Source: an uncultured Chloroflexia bacterium (lineage in GTDB: Bacteria; Chloroflexota; Dehalococcoidia; UBA2979). Taken from it: a DNA stretch of 64,000 bases. Under the pieces are notes generated by a model that saw nothing but the letters and a program-made list of their open reading frames with translations, was not told the origin of the DNA and did no database searches. The translations under genes and the position numbers were made by a program. Where the stretch lies: assembly GCA_963728205.1 (NCBI GenBank), contig CAVSIV010000006.1, forward strand, positions 1,600,001 through 1,664,000, given 5' to 3'. Position 1 is the first letter of the stretch. Each line of letters begins with the position of its first letter. This document shows, in pieces, positions 10,647 to 20,444 of this stretch.

Positions 10647-10973
10647 ATGACCACGAGTCCCCCGCCGCGTCCCACGACCGAGGCGCCGGAGCAGACGGAG
10701 ACGCGAGCGGAGCGCCTCTGGCATCTCGTGCTGCTCGACGACAACGACCACTCGTACGAGTACGTGATCGAGATGCTCGCGTCGATCTTCGGCTATGGGC
10801 CGGAGAAGGCGTTCGCACTGGCTCGGATCGTGGATTCGGAGGGTCGAGTGATTCTCGAGACGGCGTCGCGGCCGCAGTGCGAGCGTCACCAGTCGCAGAT
10901 CCACGCGTACGGCGCGGACCCGCGCATCCCGGCGTCGAAGGGTTCGATGAGCGCGGTGCTGGAAGAGGCGTAG
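10647..10973 (+). CDS. clpS: ATP-dependent Clp protease adaptor ClpS
   Basis: WHLVLLDDNDHSYEYVIEMLASIF...A..VDSEGR signature. Confidence 0.85.
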   Translation: MTTSPPPRPTTEAPEQTETRAERLWHLVLLDDNDHSYEYVIEMLASIFGYGPEKAFALARIVDSEGRVILETASRPQCERHQSQIHAYGADPRIPASKGSMSAVLEEA

Positions 10974-10979
10974 CGGCGA

Positions 10980-11597
10980 TCAGGCGACGGGCGCGACGGG
11001 GACGGGCCGGCCGTTGCGCGAGGCCGCGATCACCCGGCGTTCCTCGATCACCATGTGCTGCGGGGTGCCGGGATTCGGACGGCCCTCGGTGGGGCCGAGC
11101 GTCAGGATCTCGGCGTGCAGCCGGTCGGGCGTGAGCTCGAGCAGCGCGGCCGTGCCGAGCCGCGTGTCCTGGTGGTGCGGCAGCGTCGGGCTGCCGGAGT
11201 TCAGGATCACGACGCCGTCGCGGTACTCGAGGCGCTCTACGTGCGTGTCGCCGGCGATGATGATGTCGACGCGCTTGCCGCGCAGGTTGCGCTCGATCAT
11301 CTCCTGCACCGGGCGGTCCTCCGGCCGCAGGTCGTGGAGCATGCCGATGCTCCAGCCCTCGAGGTCGAGGAACTGCAGCGGCTCCATCCGCGGGTCTTCG
11401 AAGGCATCGTTGTTGCCGGTCGCGACGACAATCGGCGCGTACTGCTCGCACCAGTCGAGGACGAGCGGCCGGACGACGTCGCCCGAGTGGAGGATGAGGT
11501 CGGCCTCGGCGAGGAACTCGCCGAGGTGGGGACCGAGCTGGTCGGGGGTGCGGATGAGCGACGGGAGGTGGGTGTCGGAGATCACGGCGACGCGCAT
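10980..11597 (-). CDS. Metallophosphoesterase (YfcE/MJ0936 type)
   Basis: ISDTH, HSGD, GNND, GDTH and NSGS motifs. Confidence 0.88.
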   Translation of the reverse strand: MRVAVISDTHLPSLIRTPDQLGPHLGEFLAEADLILHSGDVVRPLVLDWCEQYAPIVVATGNNDAFEDPRMEPLQFLDLEGWSIGMLHDLRPEDRPVQEMIERNLRGKRVDIIIAGDTHVERLEYRDGVVILNSGSPTLPHHQDTRLGTAALLELTPDRLHAEILTLGPTEGRPNPGTPQHMVIEERRVIAASRNGRPVPVAPVA

Positions 11598-11640
11598 GGC
11601 GGGCAGGGTACCCCAACGCCGACGGCGGCGCGCGGCAGAG

Positions 11641-11679
11641 CCCGTCCTGAGCCTGTTGAAGGGCTTCAGGCCTGCCGTG
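11641..11679. repeat. Single GTCCTGAGCCTGTYGAAGG-type palindrome fused to a partial family B copy
   Basis: CCCGTCCTGAGCCTGTTGAAGGG overlapping GGGCTTCAGGCCTGCCGTG. Confidence 0.5.
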
Positions 11680-11793
11680 GGCGGCGGCGACCTCCAGCGG
11701 TATGAGGCGTCACCTTCAGCCCGGTGGAGCCGCTTGCGGTGCACGGCAGTCGACATGCCCCGGTGGGGCGTCGTGCGCGCATGCACGTCACCC

Positions 11794-11883
11794 AAAGCGG
11801 CGGCAGATATGCCGCCGACAGGACGCGGACGCATTCCGCGGCCGGCACCGCGCTTCTGTCGGCGGCATATCTGCCGCCGCTTT
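11794..11883. repeat. REP family A inverted doublet (long spacer class)
   Basis: Perfect 27-bp inverted arms AAAGCGGCGGCAGATATGCCGCCGACA / TGTCGGCGGCATATCTGCCGCCGCTTT. Confidence 0.92.
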
Positions 11884-11934
11884 ACGTTCCGACGAGGCCT
11901 GCCTCTCGACAGGCCGAAGCATCCCGCGCGCCGG

Positions 11935-13617
11935 TCAGTACCCCATCAGCGAGTTCGCGCTGCGGCCCTCCGTCGGCGCGGGCCAGATCGCGGACGGGTC
12001 GACGCGCACGTTGACGAGCGATGCCCGGCCGGAGGCGAACGCGCGCTCCAGCGCGGGCCGGATGTCCTCCGGGCGCTCGACGTGCTCCGCGTGCCCGCCG
12101 AACGCCTCGATCACGCGGTCGTAGCGGCTCGCCTCGCGGTACATCGCGACCCGCTCAGGATGCGCGCTCTTGAACAGCCGGCTCTCCAGCACGCTGCCCA
12201 TGATGCCGTCGTTGTTGTCGACGACGAACACGATCGGCAGGTCGTAGCGCAGCGCCGTCTCTACCTCCATGCCGTTGAAGCCGAACGACGAGTCGCCGTT
12301 CACGCTCAGCACCGGTAGGTCGGGCCGCGCCAGCGCGGCGCCGATCGCGAACGGCACGCCGACGCCCATGCAGCCGTTCGAACCGGGGTTGAGGCGCGCG
12401 GCGGGGATGTGGCTCGGGAGCACCTGACGCGCCGTCGAGAACGTGATCTGCCCGTCGACCGTCACCACGCACTCGCGCGGGAGGACGTCGCGGATCTCGC
12501 GGAAGAGGCGGTGGTGCGTCATCGGCACGGCGTCGGAGTCCATCAGCGGCTGCAGCGCCGCCTCGTTCTTCGCGCGGTGCTCGCGCAGGTCCGAGAGCCA
12601 CGGCGACTCCGCGAGTCGTGCGTGCGTCGCCTCGCGGCGGTCGGCGAGCGCGGTGAGCAGCTGGTCGAGCACCGTGGCCGCGTCGCCGACGATGCCGACG
12701 TCCGCGGGGCGCGACCGGCCAATCTCCTCCGGGTCGATGTCGACCTGAATCACCTTCGCGTCGGCCGGCAGCGTGCGGCCGAAGCCGAAGATCCAGTTGA
12801 GCCGCGCGCCGACCACCAGCACCGCGTCGGTCCCGCGCAGCGCCGACGACCGCGCGGCGCCGACGTTGAGCGGGTGGTCGTCGGGGATCGCGCCGCGGCC
12901 CATCGGCGAGCAGAGGAAGGGAAGGTTGAGGTCGTCGACCAGGCGCGTCAGCGCGTCGTATGCGCCGGACCAGCGCACCCCCTTGCCGATGATCAGCAGC
13001 GGGCGCTCGGCCTCCGCGAGCAGATCGGCCGCGCGCGCGACGGCGCCCGGGGCGCCGAGCGGCCGCGCGATCGGCTGCGGGCCGGGCGCGGGGCGCACGC
13101 GCGACGTGTCGACCTTCGCCGAGAGCACATCCGACGGCAGGTCGACGTACACCGGCCCGGGCCGGCCGCTCAGCGCGACCTGGTAGGCGCGCGCGACCAG
13201 CTCGGGGATGCGCTCGGGGCGGTCGGCGCGCACGGACCATTTCGTGATCGGCGCCATCATCGTGACGGAGTCGGCCTCCTGGAAGCCGCCCCAGCCGGCG
13301 GTCGCCATCGCGGCCGAGCCGCCGAGCACGACGACCGGCCAGCAATTGTCCCACGCGACATGCACGCCGGTCATGCCGTTCGTCACGGCCGGCCCCGACG
13401 CGAGCAGCGCCGCGCCGACGCGCCCGCCGACGTAGCCCTCGGCGAGCGCCGCCATCACCGCGGCCTGCTCGTGGCGCATGCCGATCGGCCGGATGCCGGC
13501 GTCGCCGCAGGCGCCGACGGCCTCGATCACCGGCCCGCCGACCACCGTGAAGACGTGCTCCGCGCCCTGCGCGCGCAGCGCCTGCCCCACGAGCGTGCTG
13601 CCGTCGACCTCCGCCAT
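11935..13617 (-). CDS. TPP-dependent enzyme, 2-hydroxyacyl-CoA lyase / oxalyl-CoA decarboxylase family
   Basis: MRHEQAA, GRPGPVYVDLP, GCMGVGVPFAIG and TPP motif GDSSFGFNGMEVET...NN; GAAGGAGG RBS. Confidence 0.88.
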   Translation of the reverse strand: MAEVDGSTLVGQALRAQGAEHVFTVVGGPVIEAVGACGDAGIRPIGMRHEQAAVMAALAEGYVGGRVGAALLASGPAVTNGMTGVHVAWDNCWPVVVLGGSAAMATAGWGGFQEADSVTMMAPITKWSVRADRPERIPELVARAYQVALSGRPGPVYVDLPSDVLSAKVDTSRVRPAPGPQPIARPLGAPGAVARAADLLAEAERPLLIIGKGVRWSGAYDALTRLVDDLNLPFLCSPMGRGAIPDDHPLNVGAARSSALRGTDAVLVVGARLNWIFGFGRTLPADAKVIQVDIDPEEIGRSRPADVGIVGDAATVLDQLLTALADRREATHARLAESPWLSDLREHRAKNEAALQPLMDSDAVPMTHHRLFREIRDVLPRECVVTVDGQITFSTARQVLPSHIPAARLNPGSNGCMGVGVPFAIGAALARPDLPVLSVNGDSSFGFNGMEVETALRYDLPIVFVVDNNDGIMGSVLESRLFKSAHPERVAMYREASRYDRVIEAFGGHAEHVERPEDIRPALERAFASGRASLVNVRVDPSAIWPAPTEGRSANSLMGY

Positions 13618-13639
13618 CGTGCCCTCCTTCACCCCGGGT

Positions 13640-13720
13640 GTGCTTCGAGCGGCGCCGGGTCACGGCGCTGAGACGCGCTCATGGTCGCTCAGCGCCGTCG
13701 CCCGGCGCCGCTCGAAGCAC
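13640..13720. repeat. Family C long hairpin (GCTTCGAGCGGC...CTGAG / CTCAG...GCCGCTCGAAGC)
   Basis: 33-bp inverted arms with 2 mismatches, in a divergent intergenic region. Confidence 0.8.
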
Positions 13721-13876
13721 GCGTCATGCGTCGAGGTCCCCGCGACCTCGCGGAGCATAGCCATCGGCGGGGGGGCCCGGCAGCGCGAACGTAATTGACG
13801 CCTCGCGCGGCGCGGGTGTACCAATCGCGCATCTCGGGCCGAGCCACGCTCGCGAACAGGCAGGGAAGAGGCAGCC

Positions 13877-15064
13877 ATGGCCAACCAGCGGCGCGATGCC
13901 GCCATCGCCGGCATCTACGAGTGGCCGAAGCGCGTCGACCGCGACGTCTCGGCGATGGAGATCAAGGCGTCGTCGATTCGCCACGCGCTCGACGACGCCG
14001 GGCTGAAGTGGAGCGACATCGACGGCCTGTACGACGCCGGCGACGGCGAGGGCGGTGGCGGCCTCGGGCTGGCCGCGTACCTCGGCATCAAGCCGACCGT
14101 GATCGACACGACGCAGGTCGGCGGCTCGTCGTACGAGTTCCAGGCGGCGCACGCGCTGCGCGACATCGCCGCCGGCAAGACGAGCGTCGCGGTGCTGTCA
14201 TACGGCTCGAAGGCCGCGTCGCAGCGCATCCCGATCGGGACGGGCGGCGGCGGGGGCGGCGGGACCTGGTCGACGAACATGGAGTCGCCGTACGGCTCCA
14301 CGCTGATCTCGAACTACGCGATGGTCGCCCACCGCCACATGCACGACTACGGCACGACCTCCGCGCAGCTCGCCGAGATCTCGGTGGCGACGCGCCACCA
14401 CGCGATGCGCAACCCGCAGGCCGTGCAGGCGATGAAGGACCTGCAGTTCGTCGGCGTGAACGACATCAGCGTCGACGACGTCCTCAACTCGCGCATGATC
14501 GCGGACCCGCTGCACCTGCTCGAGTGCTGCATGGTCAGCGACGGCGGCGGCTCGGCCGTGATCGTGTCGGCCGACGTCGCGCGCGGCATCAAGAAGAAGC
14601 CGGTGTGGATCATCGGGAGCGGCGAGGCGACGAAATACCGCGAGAACGGCGGCGACATCACCGTCAGCGCGGGCGCCCAGAGCGCGCCGATCGCGTTCGG
14701 CGAGGCGCAGGTGAAGCCGTCCGAGATCGACATCGCGATGATCTACGACTCGTTCACGATCACCGTCGCGGTGTGCCTCGAGGACCTCGGCTTCTGCAAG
14801 AAGGGCGAGATCGGCGACTACATCAGCGGCGGCTCGCTGCGCTACGACCACAAGGGCGCGCCGGCGGTGAACACGGACGGCGGCGGACTGTCGTCGAACC
14901 ACCCGGGCATGCGCGGGCTGTTCCTGCTGCTGGAGTCGGTGCGCCAGTTGCGCGGCGAATCCTCGTCGCAGGTGCCGGACGCGAAGCTGGCGGTGGCGCA
15001 CGGCAACGGCGGGCTGCTCGGCGGCACGCACACCGGCGGCACCGTGATCCTGGCCGCCGACTAG
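13877..15064 (+). CDS. SCP2/Ltp2-type thiolase-superfamily protein
   Basis: HAMRNP, IADPLHLLECCMVSDGG, IYDSF and NTDGGGLS; no N-terminal catalytic Cys (QVGGSS). Confidence 0.9.
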   Translation: MANQRRDAAIAGIYEWPKRVDRDVSAMEIKASSIRHALDDAGLKWSDIDGLYDAGDGEGGGGLGLAAYLGIKPTVIDTTQVGGSSYEFQAAHALRDIAAGKTSVAVLSYGSKAASQRIPIGTGGGGGGGTWSTNMESPYGSTLISNYAMVAHRHMHDYGTTSAQLAEISVATRHHAMRNPQAVQAMKDLQFVGVNDISVDDVLNSRMIADPLHLLECCMVSDGGGSAVIVSADVARGIKKKPVWIIGSGEATKYRENGGDITVSAGAQSAPIAFGEAQVKPSEIDIAMIYDSFTITVAVCLEDLGFCKKGEIGDYISGGSLRYDHKGAPAVNTDGGGLSSNHPGMRGLFLLLESVRQLRGESSSQVPDAKLAVAHGNGGLLGGTHTGGTVILAAD

Positions 15065-15105
15065 CCGCCGCCGACGAAGCGAGAGCGCGAGAGAAGGAAC
15101 GAGCG

Positions 15106-15519
15106 ATGCCGAACCGACCGCAGCCGATGTTCCCCGAGCCCGACACGCGTGAGTTCTGGGAGGGCGCGAAGCGCGGCGAGCTGCGCTACCAGGTCTGCAA
15201 CGACTGCAACGAGGTGGTGTTCACACCGCGGGCGCACTGCACGAAGTGCGGCTCCGGGAACCTGGCGTGGAAGACCTCGAGCGGGACCGGGACGGTGTAC
15301 ACGTACTCGGTGGTGCGCCAGAACCGGAACCCGTCGTTCGCGGATCTCGGCGCGTACGCGGTGGCGTACGTGGACCTCGAAGAGGGCTTCCGCATGATGA
15401 CGAACGTGGTGGGCGTGAGCGACCCGACGAAGGACATCCAGATCGGGATGAAGGTCCAGGTGGAGTTCGAGAAGCAGGACTCCGGCGAGTATCCGATCCC
15501 GGTGTTCAAACCTGCGTAG
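15106..15519 (+). CDS. DUF35 Zn-ribbon + OB-fold protein
   Basis: FWEG, CNDC...PRAHCTKC, GTVYTYSVV and VDLEEG; AAGGA RBS. Confidence 0.92.
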   Translation: MPNRPQPMFPEPDTREFWEGAKRGELRYQVCNDCNEVVFTPRAHCTKCGSGNLAWKTSSGTGTVYTYSVVRQNRNPSFADLGAYAVAYVDLEEGFRMMTNVVGVSDPTKDIQIGMKVQVEFEKQDSGEYPIPVFKPA

Positions 15520-15706
15520 GAGCGAACGGCCGCTGCGTGAGCAGGCTGAGGAGCCCGCGGAACCCCGCGGGCTCCTCCGTGCCGTGGCAGGGTCGGGCGG
15601 GCGGAGGCGCCGGGCGCGTTGGCCGCGAGGTGGGTGGGGCGTCTCAGCGCGCTGACGCGCGGCGAACAGCGCGTGGGGGGCGCGGGGTCTCGCTTATGAT
15701 GCGGCC

Positions 15707-17281
15707 GTGACGTTGCCCGCCCCGACCGCCTCGTCCGCCGATCGCGGCGCACCGCTCAACCTGGCGCGCGCGTGCCTCGCTGCGTGGGCGGAGGACCCGG
15801 ATGCGCGCGACCGGCCGGCGTTCACCTTCGTCGATGCCGACGGCGTCGATCACACGTGGAGCTACGGCGAAGCCTGGGAGACCGTGCAGCGCGTGGGCCG
15901 CGGGCTGCTCGCGCGCGGGCTCACGCCCGGCGACCGCGTGCTCGTCCGCGTGCCGCACTCGCCGGACTACGCGTTCGCGTTCTTCGGCGCGAACGCGGCG
16001 GGCCTCGTGCCGATCCCGGCGTCGCCCCAGCTCACCGAGGAGGAGGCGCACTTCCTCGTCGCCGACTCCGAGGCCGCGGGGCTCGTCGCCACCGCCGACC
16101 TGCGCCTCGTCGAGTATCGGGGCATCGCGGTCGACGACGACGCGGGCCTCGCCGCCCTCGACGGGCCCGGTCCGCTCCCCGCGACGCGCGCCGAGGACCC
16201 GGCGTTCCTCATCTACACGTCCGGCACGACGTCGCGCCCGAAGGGCGTGCTGCACGCGCAGCGCGCGATCCTCGCGCGGGCGGCCGTACGCGAGGGCTGG
16301 CACGGCTTCGGCCCCGACGACGTGACGCTGCACGCCGGCACGCTGAACTGGTCGTACACGCTGGTCGTCGGGCTGATGGACGCGTGGCTCGCGGGCGCAC
16401 ACGCGGTGCTCGCCGGTGGGCCGAGCGACCCGCACCGCTGGCCGGCGCTGATGGAGCGGCTCGGGGTCACGGTGTTCGCGTCGGTGCCCACGGTGTTCCG
16501 GCAGATGCTGAAGTACGCGCAGCCGGAGTCGCGCGACCTCTCGTCGCTGCGGCACGTGCTGTGCGCGGGCGAGCCGCTCGCGCCGGCGCTGCGCGAGGAG
16601 TGGCGCGTGCGCGTCGGCACCGAGATGTACGAGTGCCTGGGGATGACCGAGGTCAGCACGTACATCTCGTCGGGTCCCGCGACGCCGGTGCGCGCGGGCT
16701 CGCCGGGGCGGCCGCAGCCGGGGCGGCGCGTGGCGATCCTGCCGGTGGAGGGCGACTCGACGCACCCGCTCCCGCCCGGCGAGACGGGGCTGCTCGCGGT
16801 GCACCGCTCCGACCCCGGGCTGATGCTCGGCTACTGGCGCCGGCCCGACGAGGAGGCGGCGGTCTACCGCGGCGAATGGTTCGTGGGCGGCGACCTGGCG
16901 GCGATGGACGCCGACGGCTACGTCTGGTTCCACGGTCGCGCGGACGACACCATCAAGTCGTTCGGCTACCGCCTGTCGCCGGTCGAGATCGAGGCGGTGA
17001 TGGCGTCGGCGCCGGGGGTGTCCGAGGTGGCGGTCGTCGGGCTGGAGGTCGAGGCGCAGAAGACGCTGGTGGCGGCGTGCGTGGTGCCGCGGCCGGGTGA
17101 GGCGCCGGACGTCGAGTCGCTGCGCGCCCACGCGGCTGCGCACCTGGCGTCGTACAAGCGCCCGCACGAGTACCGCTTCTTCGACACGCTGCCGCGCACG
17201 CGCAACGGCAAGCTGCTGCGCCGTGCGCTGATCGCGGAGCTGCATCGCACCGCGGCGAACGGCCCCGCGTCAGCGGGCTGA
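15707..17281 (+). CDS. Acyl-CoA synthetase (AMP-binding)
   Basis: YTSGTTSRPKG, GMTE, GDL, GRADD and LPRTRNGK motifs. Confidence 0.92.
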   Translation: MTLPAPTASSADRGAPLNLARACLAAWAEDPDARDRPAFTFVDADGVDHTWSYGEAWETVQRVGRGLLARGLTPGDRVLVRVPHSPDYAFAFFGANAAGLVPIPASPQLTEEEAHFLVADSEAAGLVATADLRLVEYRGIAVDDDAGLAALDGPGPLPATRAEDPAFLIYTSGTTSRPKGVLHAQRAILARAAVREGWHGFGPDDVTLHAGTLNWSYTLVVGLMDAWLAGAHAVLAGGPSDPHRWPALMERLGVTVFASVPTVFRQMLKYAQPESRDLSSLRHVLCAGEPLAPALREEWRVRVGTEMYECLGMTEVSTYISSGPATPVRAGSPGRPQPGRRVAILPVEGDSTHPLPPGETGLLAVHRSDPGLMLGYWRRPDEEAAVYRGEWFVGGDLAAMDADGYVWFHGRADDTIKSFGYRLSPVEIEAVMASAPGVSEVAVVGLEVEAQKTLVAACVVPRPGEAPDVESLRAHAAAHLASYKRPHEYRFFDTLPRTRNGKLLRRALIAELHRTAANGPASAG

Positions 17282-17373
17282 GCGAACTCCCCGGGTCAAC
17301 CCGGCCTGACCCGCCTCGGCGAGCGGCAGCCGTGGGTTGCGTTGCCGTGCTTGCGTTGCCGGCGAGCGTTACA

Positions 17374-17446
17374 CACGGCAGGCCTGAAGCCTGCCGCGCG
17401 CCGGAAGCGGCCGGAGACACGGCAGGCCTGAAGCCTGCTGCCGCGC
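17374..17446. repeat. Two tandem REP-like family B palindromes
   Basis: CACGGCAGGCCTGAAGCCTGC at 17374 and 17418, between convergent genes. Confidence 0.75.
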
Positions 17447-18240
17447 TACCGGCCGGTGAAGCGCGGCGCGCGGCGCTCGAGGAACGCCGCGCGGCCCTCG
17501 CGCACGTCATCGCTGGCGCGCACCTGCGCCTGCGCGCTCCACTCGAACTCGATCTGCTCCTGCAGCGACGAGTGCCACGAATGGATGACCTCCCGCTTGC
17601 CCCACATGTAGGAGAGCGGCGGGCCCTGCACGAGCGCCGCGGCGATCTCCATCGCGCGAGCCAGCGGGTCGTCCGCAAGCTCGTTGCCGAGGCCGATGCG
17701 GACGGCCTCCTCGGCGCCGACCTCGCGGCTCGTGTAGATGAGCTCCAGCGCCTTCGCGTGGCCGACCAGGCGCGGCAGCCAGTACGTGAGCCCGCAGTCG
17801 GGGCTGAGCGCGCGCCGCGCGAACACCGTCACGAAGCGCGCGCTCGGGCCGAGCACCCGCATGTCGAACGACGTCGCGAACGCGAACCCGGCGCCGGCGC
17901 ACACGCCGTCGATCGCGGCGATGGTCGGCTTGTCGATCGACGGCATCGCGATCCCGAGCGTGGAGATGCCCATCGAGTCCGTGGGCGTCGCCTGCGGGGC
18001 GGCCTCGGGCTCGGCGGGGTTGCGGTCGCTGAGGTCGGCGCCGGACGAGAAGCCGCGCCCCTCGTGCGAGGCGACGACGACGCGCACGTCGGGGTCGACC
18101 TGCAGCCGCCGGCCGAGCTCGACGACCTCCCAGAAGGTGGGCGTGCGCAGCGCGTTCAGTTTCTCGGGGCGGCTGATGCGGAAGTGGGCGATGCCGTCGC
18201 GCACCTCGACGACGAGGTCGTGCAGGTCGCTGTAGTCCAT
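17446..18240 (-). CDS. Enoyl-CoA hydratase/isomerase family
   Basis: RPEKLNAL, FSSGADL, KPTIAAIDG.CAGAG and PDCG motifs; GGAGG RBS. Confidence 0.92.
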   Translation of the reverse strand: MDYSDLHDLVVEVRDGIAHFRISRPEKLNALRTPTFWEVVELGRRLQVDPDVRVVVASHEGRGFSSGADLSDRNPAEPEAAPQATPTDSMGISTLGIAMPSIDKPTIAAIDGVCAGAGFAFATSFDMRVLGPSARFVTVFARRALSPDCGLTYWLPRLVGHAKALELIYTSREVGAEEAVRIGLGNELADDPLARAMEIAAALVQGPPLSYMWGKREVIHSWHSSLQEQIEFEWSAQAQVRASDDVREGRAAFLERRAPRFTGR

Positions 18241-18341
18241 GGGGGGCCTCCGGTGGCTCAGGGCGGTTGCGAGCAGCGAGCCGCGAGCCCGCTGGTGGCG
18301 GTGACGATAGCGGGCGCGGCGGCGAGTGGCGCGGGGCCGAC

Positions 18342-19289
18342 CTAGCGCCCGCGCAGGCGCAGCGTTCGCCGGATGCGGCGGCGCATGCGCTGCCACCGCG
18401 TCGGGCCGCGGAGCGTGCGCCGCAGGATCTCGCATGCCTCGGTGGTGCCCACAATCATCGGCTGGCGCCAGTCGCGCAGCGACGGCGCGCGCTGCTCCTT
18501 CGAGTTCGCGGGGAGGCGAGCGGGCGGCGCGAACCGCTCGAACGGCCGCCACTCGCTGCCGTCGCGGATCCACGCCTCGCGCCCGGCCTCGCGCACGAGC
18601 AGCACGCCGGCGGCGAGGTCCCAGATGTGCAGCGCCCAGAAGGTCGAGCTCATGAACATGCCGGCGGCGACGAACGCGATCTCGATCGCGGCGGAGCCCG
18701 TGACGCGGTTGTCCCACTCGCGCCGGCCGGCGCCGGCGCCGCCGGGCGCACCGCTCAGCCGGCGACGCACGCCGGCGATCGGGCGGTTGGGGTCGAGCGG
18801 CTCGCCGTCAAAGTGCAGCCCGCCGTCGTGGTGCGCGTGGTACACGCCCGGCCGCAGCGCGTGGCTCGCGGCGCACCACACCGCGCCGACGACCGGCACC
18901 CCGCGATGCAGCACGCCGATCGACACCGCGAACAGCGGGAAGCCGTTGATGAAGTTCGCCGTGCCGTCGACCGGGTCGATCACCCAGACCCAGTCCTCCG
19001 TGTCGGGGTGCTCGTCGACCTCCTCGCCGAGCACGGCGTGGCCGGGGAAGCGCGCGGCGACGCGGTCGCGCACCAGCTGCTCGATCGCGCGATCGATCTC
19101 GGAGACGGGGTCGGTGGGCGGGCGGTCGCCCTTCGCCTCGGTCTTGTAGTTGATCTCGAGGTTCTGCTCGAGCGCCTCCGCGGCGCGCGCGCCGGCCTCC
19201 CGCGCCAGCTCGAGTGCCAGCACCTCGACCGCGACGAGCGTCTCGGTGGCCGGCGCGGCGGCCGGGGCGGGGGCGGGGTCGGCAGCCAT
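18342..19289 (-). CDS. Inositol monophosphatase family
   Basis: LGEE, WVIDPVDGTANF and WDLAAG motifs. Confidence 0.92.
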   Translation of the reverse strand: MAADPAPAPAAAPATETLVAVEVLALELAREAGARAAEALEQNLEINYKTEAKGDRPPTDPVSEIDRAIEQLVRDRVAARFPGHAVLGEEVDEHPDTEDWVWVIDPVDGTANFINGFPLFAVSIGVLHRGVPVVGAVWCAASHALRPGVYHAHHDGGLHFDGEPLDPNRPIAGVRRRLSGAPGGAGAGRREWDNRVTGSAAIEIAFVAAGMFMSSTFWALHIWDLAAGVLLVREAGREAWIRDGSEWRPFERFAPPARLPANSKEQRAPSLRDWRQPMIVGTTEACEILRRTLRGPTRWQRMRRRIRRTLRLRGR

Positions 19290-19298
19290 GGCGCGTCG

Positions 19299-20036
19299 TC
19301 AGACCTTCGTGCCGAAGTCGCTGCCGACGATGAGCAGCCGGCCGGACTGTCGCTGCACGAGCCGCTCGCGCTCGCCCCACGCGGCGACGACGTCCGCGGA
19401 CGGCTGCGCGCCGGCCCCCGGACGCGCGAGCCGGTGCCACTCGGGAAGCGAGGGGAAGGCGAAGAGCGTGATCACCTCGTTCGACGGCGCGAGCGGGTCG
19501 CGGCCGAAGCCGATCAGGTGGCCGCCCTGCGACTCGAGCCAGGGCCAGATGCGGTCGCGGCTGAGGCGCGCGAAGTCGGCCTCCGCACCGTCGGCGAGCG
19601 CGTAGGTGCGCTCCGAGACGACGGAGCCGGCGCCGAAGGTGGGCGGCGCGTCGACGAGCGGCTCGCCGGCGTGGCGGTAGCGCGGGCGCGGCCGGGAGAG
19701 GTCGTCGTCGAGGTCGATCAGGCGCGCCTGCGACCGCGAGACGAGCCGGCCGCGGTGGGCGAAGATCGGGCGCAGCTCCTTCGTCTCCTCGAGCATCGCG
19801 TCGTCGTGGTAGTAGGCGCCGGCGCCGGCGCGGGTGGCGAGCCAGTGCTCGAAGTCGGCGTAGACGGTGTGGGTGAGGACGTACTCGCCGCTGCCGCCGA
19901 AGCCCCAGGTGCCGTAGGCGACCATCAGCGCGCCGAAGTGAAGGAACGCCGGCCACAGGCCCTCGCGGCTCTGGCGTTCGAACTCGGCGCGATCGGGCTG
20001 TGCCACGGCGAACTCGCGCTGCACGAGGATGCTCAT
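19299..20036 (-). CDS. Hypothetical protein, two NIPSNAP/dimeric alpha-beta barrel-like repeats
   Basis: Internal duplication (REF..AEFERQSREGLWP / RTY..ADFARLSRDRIWP); GAAGGAG RBS. Confidence 0.6.
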   Translation of the reverse strand: MSILVQREFAVAQPDRAEFERQSREGLWPAFLHFGALMVAYGTWGFGGSGEYVLTHTVYADFEHWLATRAGAGAYYHDDAMLEETKELRPIFAHRGRLVSRSQARLIDLDDDLSRPRPRYRHAGEPLVDAPPTFGAGSVVSERTYALADGAEADFARLSRDRIWPWLESQGGHLIGFGRDPLAPSNEVITLFAFPSLPEWHRLARPGAGAQPSADVVAAWGERERLVQRQSGRLLIVGSDFGTKV

Positions 20037-20134
20037 CGCGACTCCTTCCCGCGCGCAGCATAGCGGCCGGTCCGCGGGGCAGTTCGTGGCGCCGGGCGAT
20101 CCTATGCTGGCGGGACGGCGGAGGGACGGGTGCG

Positions 20135-20317
20135 ATGAGCGACGACGGCTGGCAGTACTCGACGGAGGGCGACCTCGACCCGGACCTGACGGAAGAGGCC
20201 GGGTATGCGGGCTGGGACCCGCCACGCCGCGAGTGGTGGCCGGTGGTGTTCCGCGGCCTGGCGCTCGTGCTGTTGGTCGTGCTGGTGGGTGGCGCGCTGA
20301 TCTTCCTCGTCCGCTGA
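20135..20317 (+). CDS. Small membrane protein (acidic N-terminus, single C-terminal TM)
   Basis: GGAGGG RBS; MSDDGWQYSTEGDLDPDLTEEAGY...LALVLLVVLVGGALIFLVR. Confidence 0.65.
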   Translation: MSDDGWQYSTEGDLDPDLTEEAGYAGWDPPRREWWPVVFRGLALVLLVVLVGGALIFLVR

Positions 20318-20444
20318 CGCCCGGCAGAGGGGTCGCGACGCCGCCGCGCCCAGCGTGAGCGCGTGCTAGCATGCCCGCCGCCCGACGGCGCGACGCGCGC
20401 GCCGAGCCCCGCCGCCCGCACGAGCCGATCGAGAGGATGCCGCG

